Below, piece after piece: positions 1 through 7,230 of a DNA stretch of 62,008 bases. The position numbers were made by a program, and so were the translations under genes. Numbering within the stretch: the stretch's first letter is position 1; the number at the start of each line of letters is the position of its first letter. The notes below the pieces were generated by a model, which was not told where the DNA came from, did not search any database, and saw nothing but the letters and a program-made list of their open reading frames with translations. The stretch spans positions 1-62,008 of IMG/VR virus record IMGVR_UViG_3300023184_000001. One strand, written 5' to 3'. This DNA comes from a virus (Duplodnaviria > Caudoviricetes).

Positions 1-87
1 TGCCACCGTTGGCTACCGGCAAAGTGCCAGTAACACCTGTGGTCAGAGGTAAGCCTGTGGCGTTTGTAAGCGTGCCTGAAGTTGGCG
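1..87. repeat. Terminal direct repeat (assembly overlap), identical to 61922-62008
   Basis: First 87 nt (tgccaccgttggctacc...gaagttggcg) match the last 87 nt; the reading frame continues across the join. Confidence 0.9.
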
Positions 88-1333
88 TTCCTAAGACGGG
101 AGTAACTAGAGTTGGGCTAGTGGAAAGTACGTTATTCCCAGAACCTGTGCTTGTTGTAACCCCGGTGCCACCGTTGAGTACCGGTAGCGCTGTGCCCGAT
201 AAAGTAATTGCTAGTGTGCCAGTGGTAGTAACGGGGCTTCCCGTTACTGTCAAAAACGTAGGTACAGAAGCTGCAACGCTGGTGACAGTACCAGAACCTT
301 TACCATTAAAAGTAGTCCAATCTGCGGCGCTCAAGGCACCGCGATTAGCTGCAGATGCCGTTGGGACGTTTAGGGTGATTACCGGAGTTGTAGAAGCGGT
401 CGCTACCGTAGAACTTAAATCTGTTCCAGATGTTCCCAGCGTCAAAGCAGCTACAGAGGTAACTGTTCCGCCACCACCACCAGAGCCGTTTGCAGCTGCT
501 GTGATTCGCCCTTGAGCGTCAATAGTTATATTTGCTGCGGTGTATGTGCCCGCCGTCACTGCGGTGTTAGCAAGAGCTATGGTTCCCGTTGTGGTGATTG
601 GCCCACCTGTCAAACCTGTGCTAGTTGCTACGCTTGTAACAGTGCCGCTGCCGCCGCCCCCGGATGCGTTGATTGTTTGATTAGGCCAAGTACCTGAAAC
701 CGTTACGTTTGTGCCAGCAACAATTGCAGGTGTAGTGGTGCCTGTACCACCATTGGCTACCGGCAAAGTGCCAGTAACACCTGTGGTTAAAGGCAAGCCT
801 GTGGCGTTTGTAAGCGTGCCTGAAGTTGGCGTTCCTAGGATGGGAGTAACTAAAGTTGGGCTAGTGGAAAGCACCACTGCGCCTGTGCCTGTGCTTGTTG
901 TGACCCCGGTGCCACCATTGGCTACCGGCAAAATGCCAGTAACACCTGTGGTCAGAGGTAAGCCTGTGGCGTTTGTGAGTGTGCCTGAAGTTGGCGTTCC
1001 TAGGATGGGAGTAACTAAAGTTGGGCTAGTGGAAAGTACCACTGCGCCTGTGCCTGTGCTTGTTGTGACCCCGGTGCCACCGTTGAGTACCGGTAGCGCT
1101 GTGCCCGACAGAGTAATTGCTAGTGTGCCGGTGGTAGTGATAGGACTGCCAGCTACCGATAAAAATGCAGGTACAGAAGCGGCTACAGAAGTAACAGTAC
1201 CGGAACCCGTTGCAAGAGCCGCAATAGCAGCGGTCGTGGTACGCACAGTCGCCCCAGTTTGCACAACGGGGACAATCTCAGTGCCTGTTAGGGCTGCTGA
1301 AGCAGCTAGGTTAGATATCGAGGTATTAGCCAT
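1..1333 (-). CDS. Tail fibre protein, 5' part (continues across the junction into 61921-61518; about 578 aa in total)
   Basis: ATG at 1333 (MANTSISNLAASAALTGTEIVPVVQ...) open to base 1 and in frame with ORF 61518-61943; repeated LPVANGGTG / TPTSGTLTNATGLPLTTGV fibre repeats; missed by the ORF track because it spans the origin. Confidence 0.8.
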   Translation of the reverse strand, partial: MANTSISNLAASAALTGTEIVPVVQTGATVRTTTAAIAALATGSGTVTSVAASVPAFLSVAGSPITTTGTLAITLSGTALPVLNGGTGVTTSTGTGAVVLSTSPTLVTPILGTPTSGTLTNATGLPLTTGVTGILPVANGGTGVTTSTGTGAVVLSTSPTLVTPILGTPTSGTLTNATGLPLTTGVTGTLPVANGGTGTTTPAIVAGTNVTVSGTWPNQTINASGGGGSGTVTSVATSTGLTGGPITTTGTIALANTAVTAGTYTAANITIDAQGRITAAANGSGGGGGTVTSVAALTLGTSGTDLSSTVATASTTPVITLNVPTASAANRGALSAADWTTFNGKGSGTVTSVAASVPTFLTVTGSPVTTTGTLAITLSGTALPVLNGGTGVTTSTGSGNNVLSTSPTLVTPVLGTPTSGTLTNATGLPLTTGVTGTLPVANGG

Positions 1334-1336
1334 GTC

Positions 1337-1480
1337 TTATCCTTGGAGCAGGTAGTCTCCGTTTTCAAGCATTAAAAAGTCAACCCCATTCGACAGCAAG
1401 ATTCCCGTCGTGACTCCCCCGCCGCCCCCGCCGCTGGGCTTTGTAATAGTGGATAACCCCGTACCAAACCCGAAAGCCAT
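1337..1480 (-). CDS. Small virion-associated protein (47 aa, MAFGFGTG...LMLENGDYLLQG)
   Basis: ATG directly after the upstream stop; LLxENGDxLL-type motif common in phage structural regions. Confidence 0.55.
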   Translation of the reverse strand: MAFGFGTGLSTITKPSGGGGGGVTTGILLSNGVDFLMLENGDYLLQG

Positions 1481-1481
1481 T

Positions 1482-1739
1482 TTAGTAAATCCGCAACATG
1501 CTGGATGCGGTAGTACCCGTAGCCCAAACACGAATGACTTGCACGGGGATGACTTGCCCAGCAGGGACAGCCACAAACACTGTATCGTCACCTTGAGCGG
1601 TGGTCACTTTAACGTCACCGGTAACACCCACGTAAATAACGCTTGGCGTAGGCAAGTACGCTGTGTTGCTGTTTGTAAACGTGGTAGCCCCGCCCGGAAA
1701 CATCGGGAACGTGGGGCTGTAGTTGGTCTGTTTACCCAT
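1482..1739 (-). CDS. Small virion structural protein
   Basis: 85 aa, beta-rich (IYVGVTGDVKV...IPVQVIRVWATGT); AGGAG RBS; late operon. Confidence 0.6.
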   Translation of the reverse strand: MGKQTNYSPTFPMFPGGATTFTNSNTAYLPTPSVIYVGVTGDVKVTTAQGDDTVFVAVPAGQVIPVQVIRVWATGTTASSMLRIY

Positions 1740-1750
1740 ATCAATCTCCT

Positions 1751-1773
1751 AAAAATAAGGGGCCGAAGCCCCC
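1751..1773 (-). terminator. Rho-independent terminator
   Basis: GGGGC-TTCG-GCCCC hairpin followed by TTATTTTT on the minus strand. Confidence 0.6.
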
Positions 1774-1781
1774 GAGATCAA

Positions 1782-2246
1782 TTACTGTTGGCTAGCCGAA
1801 GGGTAAGCTGCGCCGTCAGAGCCTTTGACAGCATACATGATAAACATAGTCGCCGCGCCGGTAGTCAAAGAGGTGCCTGCCATTGTGTACGTCACGATTG
1901 CGTCAGTAGCGCCTACATTAAGCCAGCCACCGGGGGTTGTGGCATTAGCATTCAAGTTAACTCCGCCGACGCTGGTAATAGTGCCCGTGGTCGTGAAATC
2001 TACACCACCAATGCTCAGTTTTAGCGTAGTCGCGGCGCTGAATACGGTCGTGGTAACGATGGTTACGTGGGTCACTTGTGCGCCAGCGGGCAGCACGAAG
2101 GCATTGCCGGTCAGGGTGCCAAAGGCGACGGTTGTGGATTGGTTGACTACGGTGTTGCCCATGTTCTGGATGACGCCAGAAGTGGTGCCGGTAGTGTTTT
2201 TGACAGTGCCAAGCAGCCAAGGGCCGAGGTGAGTTGCGAATCCCAT
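1782..2246 (-). CDS. Virion structural protein (minor capsid/decoration-like)
   Basis: 154 aa T/G/A-rich beta protein downstream of the capsid gene. Confidence 0.6.
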   Translation of the reverse strand: MGFATHLGPWLLGTVKNTTGTTSGVIQNMGNTVVNQSTTVAFGTLTGNAFVLPAGAQVTHVTIVTTTVFSAATTLKLSIGGVDFTTTGTITSVGGVNLNANATTPGGWLNVGATDAIVTYTMAGTSLTTGAATMFIMYAVKGSDGAAYPSASQQ

Positions 2247-2336
2247 GATGTAATTCCTTCATGCGTTAAGGTGTATCAATCTTGCATGTAAGTCAGCCGG
2301 GACTGTTTGATACACCGGAAAGCCCGGAGTGGCTGC

Positions 2337-2365
2337 AATATATCACACTTTTTCGGGGGGTGCAA
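2337..2365 (-). promoter_or_regulatory. Sigma70-like promoter TTGCAC-17-TATATT with extended TG
   Basis: Consensus spacing; lies just upstream of the structured leader at 2260-2327. Confidence 0.55.
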
Positions 2366-2945
2366 GGAGCTTGTTCGACTTTTTTAAATTTTCTTCTTGG
2401 GTAATTACCCGTAGATTCCACGGCACATGCAGCCCACAAACAGTTTCACCTTGTAGCGGGATGATGTGGTCTACAACGTACTGTTCGCCAGTGGTCTGGG
2501 TCATTGTCATGGCGATTTGGTAAAGCTGCCGTATCTCCGATTTCTGCTTGCGGCTCAGCCACGGCGGGGTGGCGTTTCGGTGTTTGCGTCTGCGAACCTT
2601 GTTGTCTGCCAACACTTGTAGCGGATTGTTTGCTTTCCACGTAGCCCGGTAGAGGCGTTGCTCTTCAACAGGGCGTGCTTGCGCCCGTGCTATGACTAGC
2701 TGCTTGTTTCTTTTGTAGTACTCTTGTTTCGCAGTTAGCCCAGCCTCTGATTGGTTGTAATCAGTAAAGTAGCCTGCACGGGACACCGCGCCTTCTTGCC
2801 ACTCTGCCTTCAGGCACTCAACACACGCGCCTTTGGTTTTGCGGGGGGCTGTGTGCCCGTGCTTGCACGGCTCTCCCGTGAAGTAGTGCTTAGCTCCGGT
2901 GGCTTTGGCTTCGGCGCGTGTTTTAGGTAGTTTGGTAGTGTCCAC
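2343..2945 (-). CDS. HNH homing endonuclease
   Basis: GTG start behind AGGAG; N-terminal YFTGEPCKHGH...CVEC; C-terminal VDHIIPLQGETVCGLHVPWNLRVIT..EN..KSN HNH motif. Confidence 0.85.
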   Translation of the reverse strand: MDTTKLPKTRAEAKATGAKHYFTGEPCKHGHTAPRKTKGACVECLKAEWQEGAVSRAGYFTDYNQSEAGLTAKQEYYKRNKQLVIARAQARPVEEQRLYRATWKANNPLQVLADNKVRRRKHRNATPPWLSRKQKSEIRQLYQIAMTMTQTTGEQYVVDHIIPLQGETVCGLHVPWNLRVITQEENLKKSNKLLAPPEKV

Positions 2946-2971
2946 GGTATCTCCTGTGTTACGACACAGGT

Positions 2972-3000
2972 AATGTACCATAGTTTTAGCCAAGTTACAA
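2972..3000 (-). promoter_or_regulatory. Sigma70-like promoter TTGTAA-17-TACATT for the HNH gene
   Basis: Consensus spacing with extended TG, downstream of the capsid terminator. Confidence 0.5.
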
Positions 3001-3005
3001 CAGGC

Positions 3006-3030
3006 AAAGAAAAAGGCCCCGAAGGGCCTT
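3006..3030 (-). terminator. Rho-independent terminator after the major capsid gene
   Basis: AAGGCCC-TTCG-GGGCCTT followed by TTTCTTT. Confidence 0.8.
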
Positions 3031-3054
3031 AAAACTAGGGGTAAACCCTTGGTT

Positions 3055-3972
3055 TTAGGAGGAACCGGGGCTTCCAAAGACTCCAAGTGGGTCAGACCAG
3101 CCAAACGAATAACGCTCGCGGGACTTGTAACGCACGTTGCCTGTATCAAAATCACCGTCCATGGAATTTGCCAGAGGCGAACGGATGAAATGCTTCAGGC
3201 CGTTAGGCACATCAGTGGTCAGATACCAACCATTGGTGTCGGTCAAGAAGTGGTTGATCGAATAGCCTTCCGGGATCGAACCATTGTTCTTTATCGCGTT
3301 GATATCGTTGTCGGTAGTGCCAACACGGAGGCTGGTTTCCAACAAACGGGTAGCAACGAATTGCAGAGCAGGGGGGACGATCATCTTCTTAGGCTTAGCA
3401 GCGATCAGCAGACCACGCTCGTCCGTCCAAGCAGCAATCTGAATGACTGCGGCTTCCAAGGAAGTCTCGTTCAAGTCAGCGCCAACTGTGGGGCGGTTAG
3501 AGTTGGTGCCACCGTTGACCAGCGGGTGAGCCGTGGAGAACAGAGGAACGCCATCACCACCGTAGTACGCAGAAGAGTTGGTGAAGCCGTTGTTGATAAC
3601 GGCAGCGCCTTTGACTTGCTTGGTATACGCCATTGCACGAGCCAGACCCTTGGTGTAACGAGCAGACAGCGAGTCATACAGGTTATCTTCCACGGCCTCT
3701 TCAGTGATGGAGAAGCCCAGAGCGATGGTTTCGTGGTTGTAGCGAGTCGTCCATGCTTCCTGTGCGTTGTCGTAAGCGATGGCAGAGCCCTCGTTCTTGA
3801 CTGGTGCAGCAGAGAAACCGGACAGCTTGGTTTCCTCTTCAAACGAACGCTCAGAAGTTTCCACTTCGTAGAGTTCTTTGTGCTCTTCACCGTAACGAGC
3901 GTACTCGAGACCGAAAAGGGCGTTGAGGCCGGGAAGGAGTTCCTTCAGTAGTTGTGCGCGTGAAATTGCCAT
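3055..3972 (-). CDS. Major capsid protein
   Basis: MAISRAQLLKELLPGLNALFGLEY...DGDFDTGNVRYKSRERYSFGWSDP; strong RBS, biased codon use, followed by a terminator. Confidence 0.9.
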   Translation of the reverse strand: MAISRAQLLKELLPGLNALFGLEYARYGEEHKELYEVETSERSFEEETKLSGFSAAPVKNEGSAIAYDNAQEAWTTRYNHETIALGFSITEEAVEDNLYDSLSARYTKGLARAMAYTKQVKGAAVINNGFTNSSAYYGGDGVPLFSTAHPLVNGGTNSNRPTVGADLNETSLEAAVIQIAAWTDERGLLIAAKPKKMIVPPALQFVATRLLETSLRVGTTDNDINAIKNNGSIPEGYSINHFLTDTNGWYLTTDVPNGLKHFIRSPLANSMDGDFDTGNVRYKSRERYSFGWSDPLGVFGSPGSS

Positions 3973-3983
3973 GATTTAGCTCC

Positions 3984-4607
3984 TTACAGGCCAACAGCAT
4001 TGCTGTAGCTGTGGTATCCGGGGTTGAACTTCACCAGAATGTCAGTAAATGCGTCACCCACAGTGGAGAAACCAACCATGTTCACAAAACCAACGACGCG
4101 GAAAGCGGCGGTAGTCGTAACAGCGGAGGCACCAGCCACAACGGAAGCGGTAGAGTTACCAGTAGTAGTACTACCAGTAGACACTGCGCCAGTCGAGAAG
4201 AACACGTTTGCACCCAAAGCAGTTTGCGCGACAGTGCCAGCAGACTGAACTTGGAACACAGTGCGGTCATCGTCAACCACAAGAGCTACTGCGTTCAGCG
4301 AACCAGACGGGTAGTATTGTGAGAAAACGGTTTGGCCTTGAGTGTTGACGTACGAACAACCGACGAACACGCCTACAGCACCGGTATTAGCGGTGCCAAT
4401 AGGAAAGCCGTTGGTCGTTGCATCAGCACCTGTGGCACTAACGATTTCAATGTAACCCGTGGCCTTGACGTACACCAAACTGCCGTTGTAGACATTGGCG
4501 GCGTAGCCAGCGGGGTCGAATAAAAATGAGCGGGTGCTACCTGCATATGGTAGGCCACCCAGCGCATTTACGGGTTTAAGCCCGTAGGGGGAAGCGACTG
4601 ATGCCAT
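3984..4607 (-). CDS. Capsid-associated (decoration/cement) protein
   Basis: 207 aa directly upstream of the capsid gene; PYGLKPV...GVFVGCSY pattern. Confidence 0.65.
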   Translation of the reverse strand: MASVASPYGLKPVNALGGLPYAGSTRSFLFDPAGYAANVYNGSLVYVKATGYIEIVSATGADATTNGFPIGTANTGAVGVFVGCSYVNTQGQTVFSQYYPSGSLNAVALVVDDDRTVFQVQSAGTVAQTALGANVFFSTGAVSTGSTTTGNSTASVVAGASAVTTTAAFRVVGFVNMVGFSTVGDAFTDILVKFNPGYHSYSNAVGL

Positions 4608-4626
4608 TTAAGGACTCCTTGAAAAT

Positions 4627-5100
4627 TTAAGAACCAGAACCAAACGTAACCTTCGACTGTTTGTTAGAGAACAAAGGCATACGAGGGTCACTATCTCGAA
4701 GAAAATTATTGTCTACTGACTCCATCTGAGCCTTATTCTGATTGGCGTAATAAGCAGAACGCTGTGTCAGAAACTCTTCAGGAATGCGGCAAAGCAATAA
4801 TCCGCCCACTTCGACGTTACCTTTAAAACGCCCTTCAGTGGAAGCATGCACCAATAGCTCAGGATAGTCCTCTGCCTTGCAGGGCTCGTATCCCTCGCGT
4901 AACTTAGAAGAGATGTTGCTTGGATCAGATTGACCCATCATGCTAATACGAACCCAGCGATGATCCCAACCCGGACGTTTATCCGGTGATGGCAACGTTT
5001 CTGGAGGACGCCAAGCAGAAGGGCGTGCAAAAGATTCACGACTATCCAGTTCACGAACCAGACGGTTTTGAGTTTTGTCCAAAGTCTTTTCCATGTTCAA
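4627..5100 (-). CDS. Conserved head-module hypothetical protein
   Basis: WRPPETLP..RWVR..GYEP..VGGLLLCRIP; lies between scaffold and capsid genes. Confidence 0.6.
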   Translation of the reverse strand: MNMEKTLDKTQNRLVRELDSRESFARPSAWRPPETLPSPDKRPGWDHRWVRISMMGQSDPSNISSKLREGYEPCKAEDYPELLVHASTEGRFKGNVEVGGLLLCRIPEEFLTQRSAYYANQNKAQMESVDNNFLRDSDPRMPLFSNKQSKVTFGSGS

Positions 5101-6089
5101 CCTCTATTAAGTAAAGCAACCTGTTTCGCGTATTGTTCTGGGGTCACCCCAAGTCGCCGGGCAATGGCTACTTCAGATGCCTTTAACCGAATACGGTTAG
5201 GTGGTGTGCTGCGGGTAGCCGGGGCTACAACCGAAGCTGGTTTTGTTGCACGGGCGGGGACGTAATCCTCTTCCGGTTCAGAAACTTTTTTAGAAGGAGT
5301 TTCATCATCCTCATAGCTCTGAGAATCTGTGAAATTCTCAGGAAAACGCTTTCGCATTGTTTTGTCAATGGTGTCAAAGTAGTCTTTGGAACCAATATAG
5401 TCCGCACCATACTCCCTTTGGAGTTTTCTGTCAAGCCCTGATGCTGCGGCGGTCATTTCTTCGTCTTTACCCCACCAGTCGGCGTTGTTTTCTAACCACT
5501 TAGCAGTACGTGGGTGGGTTTTAGGCGCAGTATCCTCAGGTACAAACTTTTTATCGTTTACCGGAATAGGCGTCATATTTTCCGCCTTATCTAGTTTTAA
5601 CGCAGCCCTAGCAATTTTAGTCTGGGCAGTAGCAATAAGGTCGGGGTCTCCGGCCTCGTAAGCCTCTTTATACCCACGCTCAGCGGCCTCAAGATCACTC
5701 TGCGCGGAGGTTTTACTCTGCGCAATGAATACCTCGCTACCACTAGATAGCTGCTGTTGGAGACGTTTATTGTCCTCAAACACCTGTTTTGCAAAGGTTT
5801 CCGCAGCTTGGCGCTCACGGATAGCTTCTTCTTTTGCTCGGCGCTCGTCATGGTACCCGCGAGTGAATTTCTTGATCCTCGCCTGTACTTTCTCGTCGTA
5901 CGTAGCAAGTTCATCGTCGGTAACTTCCTCAGGTGGCGGTGCAACCTTGCGGTTGCGGTCCTCCGGTGGTGTGTCGTTTTCAATCTCGATTACAAACTCA
6001 CCATCTGCTTCTGTGTCTACGGGTTTACCCTTAGCTTCAGCTTCCTTTTCGTCAGGAAACTTGAAGTCGTCTTGTCCAAATCTAGCCAT
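5097..6089 (-). CDS. Capsid scaffolding protein
   Basis: Acidic coiled-coil 330 aa ending in IARRLGVTPEQYAKQ; position in the head module. Confidence 0.7.
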   Translation of the reverse strand: MARFGQDDFKFPDEKEAEAKGKPVDTEADGEFVIEIENDTPPEDRNRKVAPPPEEVTDDELATYDEKVQARIKKFTRGYHDERRAKEEAIRERQAAETFAKQVFEDNKRLQQQLSSGSEVFIAQSKTSAQSDLEAAERGYKEAYEAGDPDLIATAQTKIARAALKLDKAENMTPIPVNDKKFVPEDTAPKTHPRTAKWLENNADWWGKDEEMTAAASGLDRKLQREYGADYIGSKDYFDTIDKTMRKRFPENFTDSQSYEDDETPSKKVSEPEEDYVPARATKPASVVAPATRSTPPNRIRLKASEVAIARRLGVTPEQYAKQVALLNRG

Positions 6090-6099
6090 TTCTTACTCC

Positions 6100-6510
6100 T
6101 TATGCAGCACGTGTAATCCCACGGGGGTCTTCAACTATTGCTTCAACCGAGTCATCATTGATGATTCGGAATTCGCGGCCATGAATTTTCAAACGGGTAC
6201 CGGAATTTGGTCGGCAGATAACAAAATCGCCTTCCGCGCACGATGGCCCATTGGGGAAACGAGTTGCGTCTTTGTACGCATCAGGCCCAAGTTTCACCAC
6301 GAATAGCACTGGGGTCAGCACTTCTTCGTAGTGCATAGTCTTCGAGTCCTTAATAATCCCCACAGAACTTTCCGCAAACTCCTCCATAGCCTCTGGGACT
6401 ACGCAAAGAATGTGAAAAGTTTTGGGGTCAGGCAACTGCTTTGCTTTTTCTTCGTTACCCTTATTCAGGATACCGGAAAGGTCCACTGCAGCGATATTAA
6501 ATTCACTCAT
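6100..6510 (-). CDS. groES: GroES/Cpn10-like co-chaperonin
   Basis: P..FHILCV...GII...VVKLGPDAY...GDFVI....GT.LKIHG.EFRIINDDSVEAIV Cpn10 pattern. Confidence 0.8.
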   Translation of the reverse strand: MSEFNIAAVDLSGILNKGNEEKAKQLPDPKTFHILCVVPEAMEEFAESSVGIIKDSKTMHYEEVLTPVLFVVKLGPDAYKDATRFPNGPSCAEGDFVICRPNSGTRLKIHGREFRIINDDSVEAIVEDPRGITRAA

Positions 6511-7037
6511 CTTCGACTTTCTCCATACGTTACGTGCAATAGGCGATTTCCTTTGCTGCGGTTTTCTGACCTAGTTAGAACTTGTAAATTACTAAGTACG
6601 TGCAAGCCACTTACTGTTGCTCCGTTTAACGGAAATACGTGGTCTACCTCAAAGCTCTTAAAAATCCTACAAAAGTCATACATCCCTTGCACTTCAGCTA
6701 GCTCCGGCTGACTCATAATCAGTTCGCTATGCCGAATCCTGCCCGTTCGCCTACGTGTACGGGCTAGTTCTTTTGCTGAGTTACGTGCATAGTTAGCACG
6801 CCTAGCAGCTAAATGTTGCTCTTTGTTTTCTACTTGCCAGCGGTTAATCTTCTTGGCTGCATCTGGGTTTGCTGTGCGGTACGCTCTGATCTTTGCGTTG
6901 TATTCTTCCTTGTTACCGTCACGTTTTTGCTTCCTTGCAGCGCTAATGACTTCTTTATTAGCCGCATAGTACGCGCGTTTCTTTGCTACGATCTCTTCTC
7001 GATGCGCTTCACGGTATTTATTTTGCGCTTCATACAT
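6507..7037 (-). CDS. HNH homing endonuclease
   Basis: Basic helical repeats, then EVDHVFPLNGATVSGLHVLSNLQVLTRSENRSKGN. Confidence 0.85.
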   Translation of the reverse strand: MYEAQNKYREAHREEIVAKKRAYYAANKEVISAARKQKRDGNKEEYNAKIRAYRTANPDAAKKINRWQVENKEQHLAARRANYARNSAKELARTRRRTGRIRHSELIMSQPELAEVQGMYDFCRIFKSFEVDHVFPLNGATVSGLHVLSNLQVLTRSENRSKGNRLLHVTYGESRR

Positions 7038-7230
7038 CTTCGGCTTTCTCCATACGCTGCACTAGGTCGTTAATAATCTGCTCCGCATGGCTCAGACCCC
7101 GTATTACGCCCACTACATGCCGGTATTCAGGGTAGTCCCCTGCTCTCCCAGCGGAAAGAAAACTCGCTTGCTCACTACGCAATTTGTCTATCTCTCGGGC
7201 AATGAACCCGAGCAAGCGATGTTGATCCAT
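7030..7230 (-). CDS. Hypothetical protein (portal-adjacent)
   Basis: 66 aa helical protein (DYPEYRHVVGVIRGL), coupled to the portal stop. Confidence 0.6.
   Translation of the reverse strand: MDQHRLLGFIAREIDKLRSEQASFLSAGRAGDYPEYRHVVGVIRGLSHAEQIINDLVQRMEKAEDV

Noticed and set aside
9-1355. Plus-strand V/P-rich ORFs (9-515, 711-1355) and similar P-rich ORFs at 59618-61842
   Set aside because: Antisense shadows of the Thr/Gly-rich fibre genes on the minus strand
2280-2330. Hammerhead ribozyme in the structured leader
   Set aside because: CUGA is present on the minus strand, but the CUGANGA/GAAA core is incomplete
3049-3951. 300-aa plus-strand ORF over the capsid gene
   Set aside because: Antisense open frame produced by the codon bias of the highly expressed capsid gene
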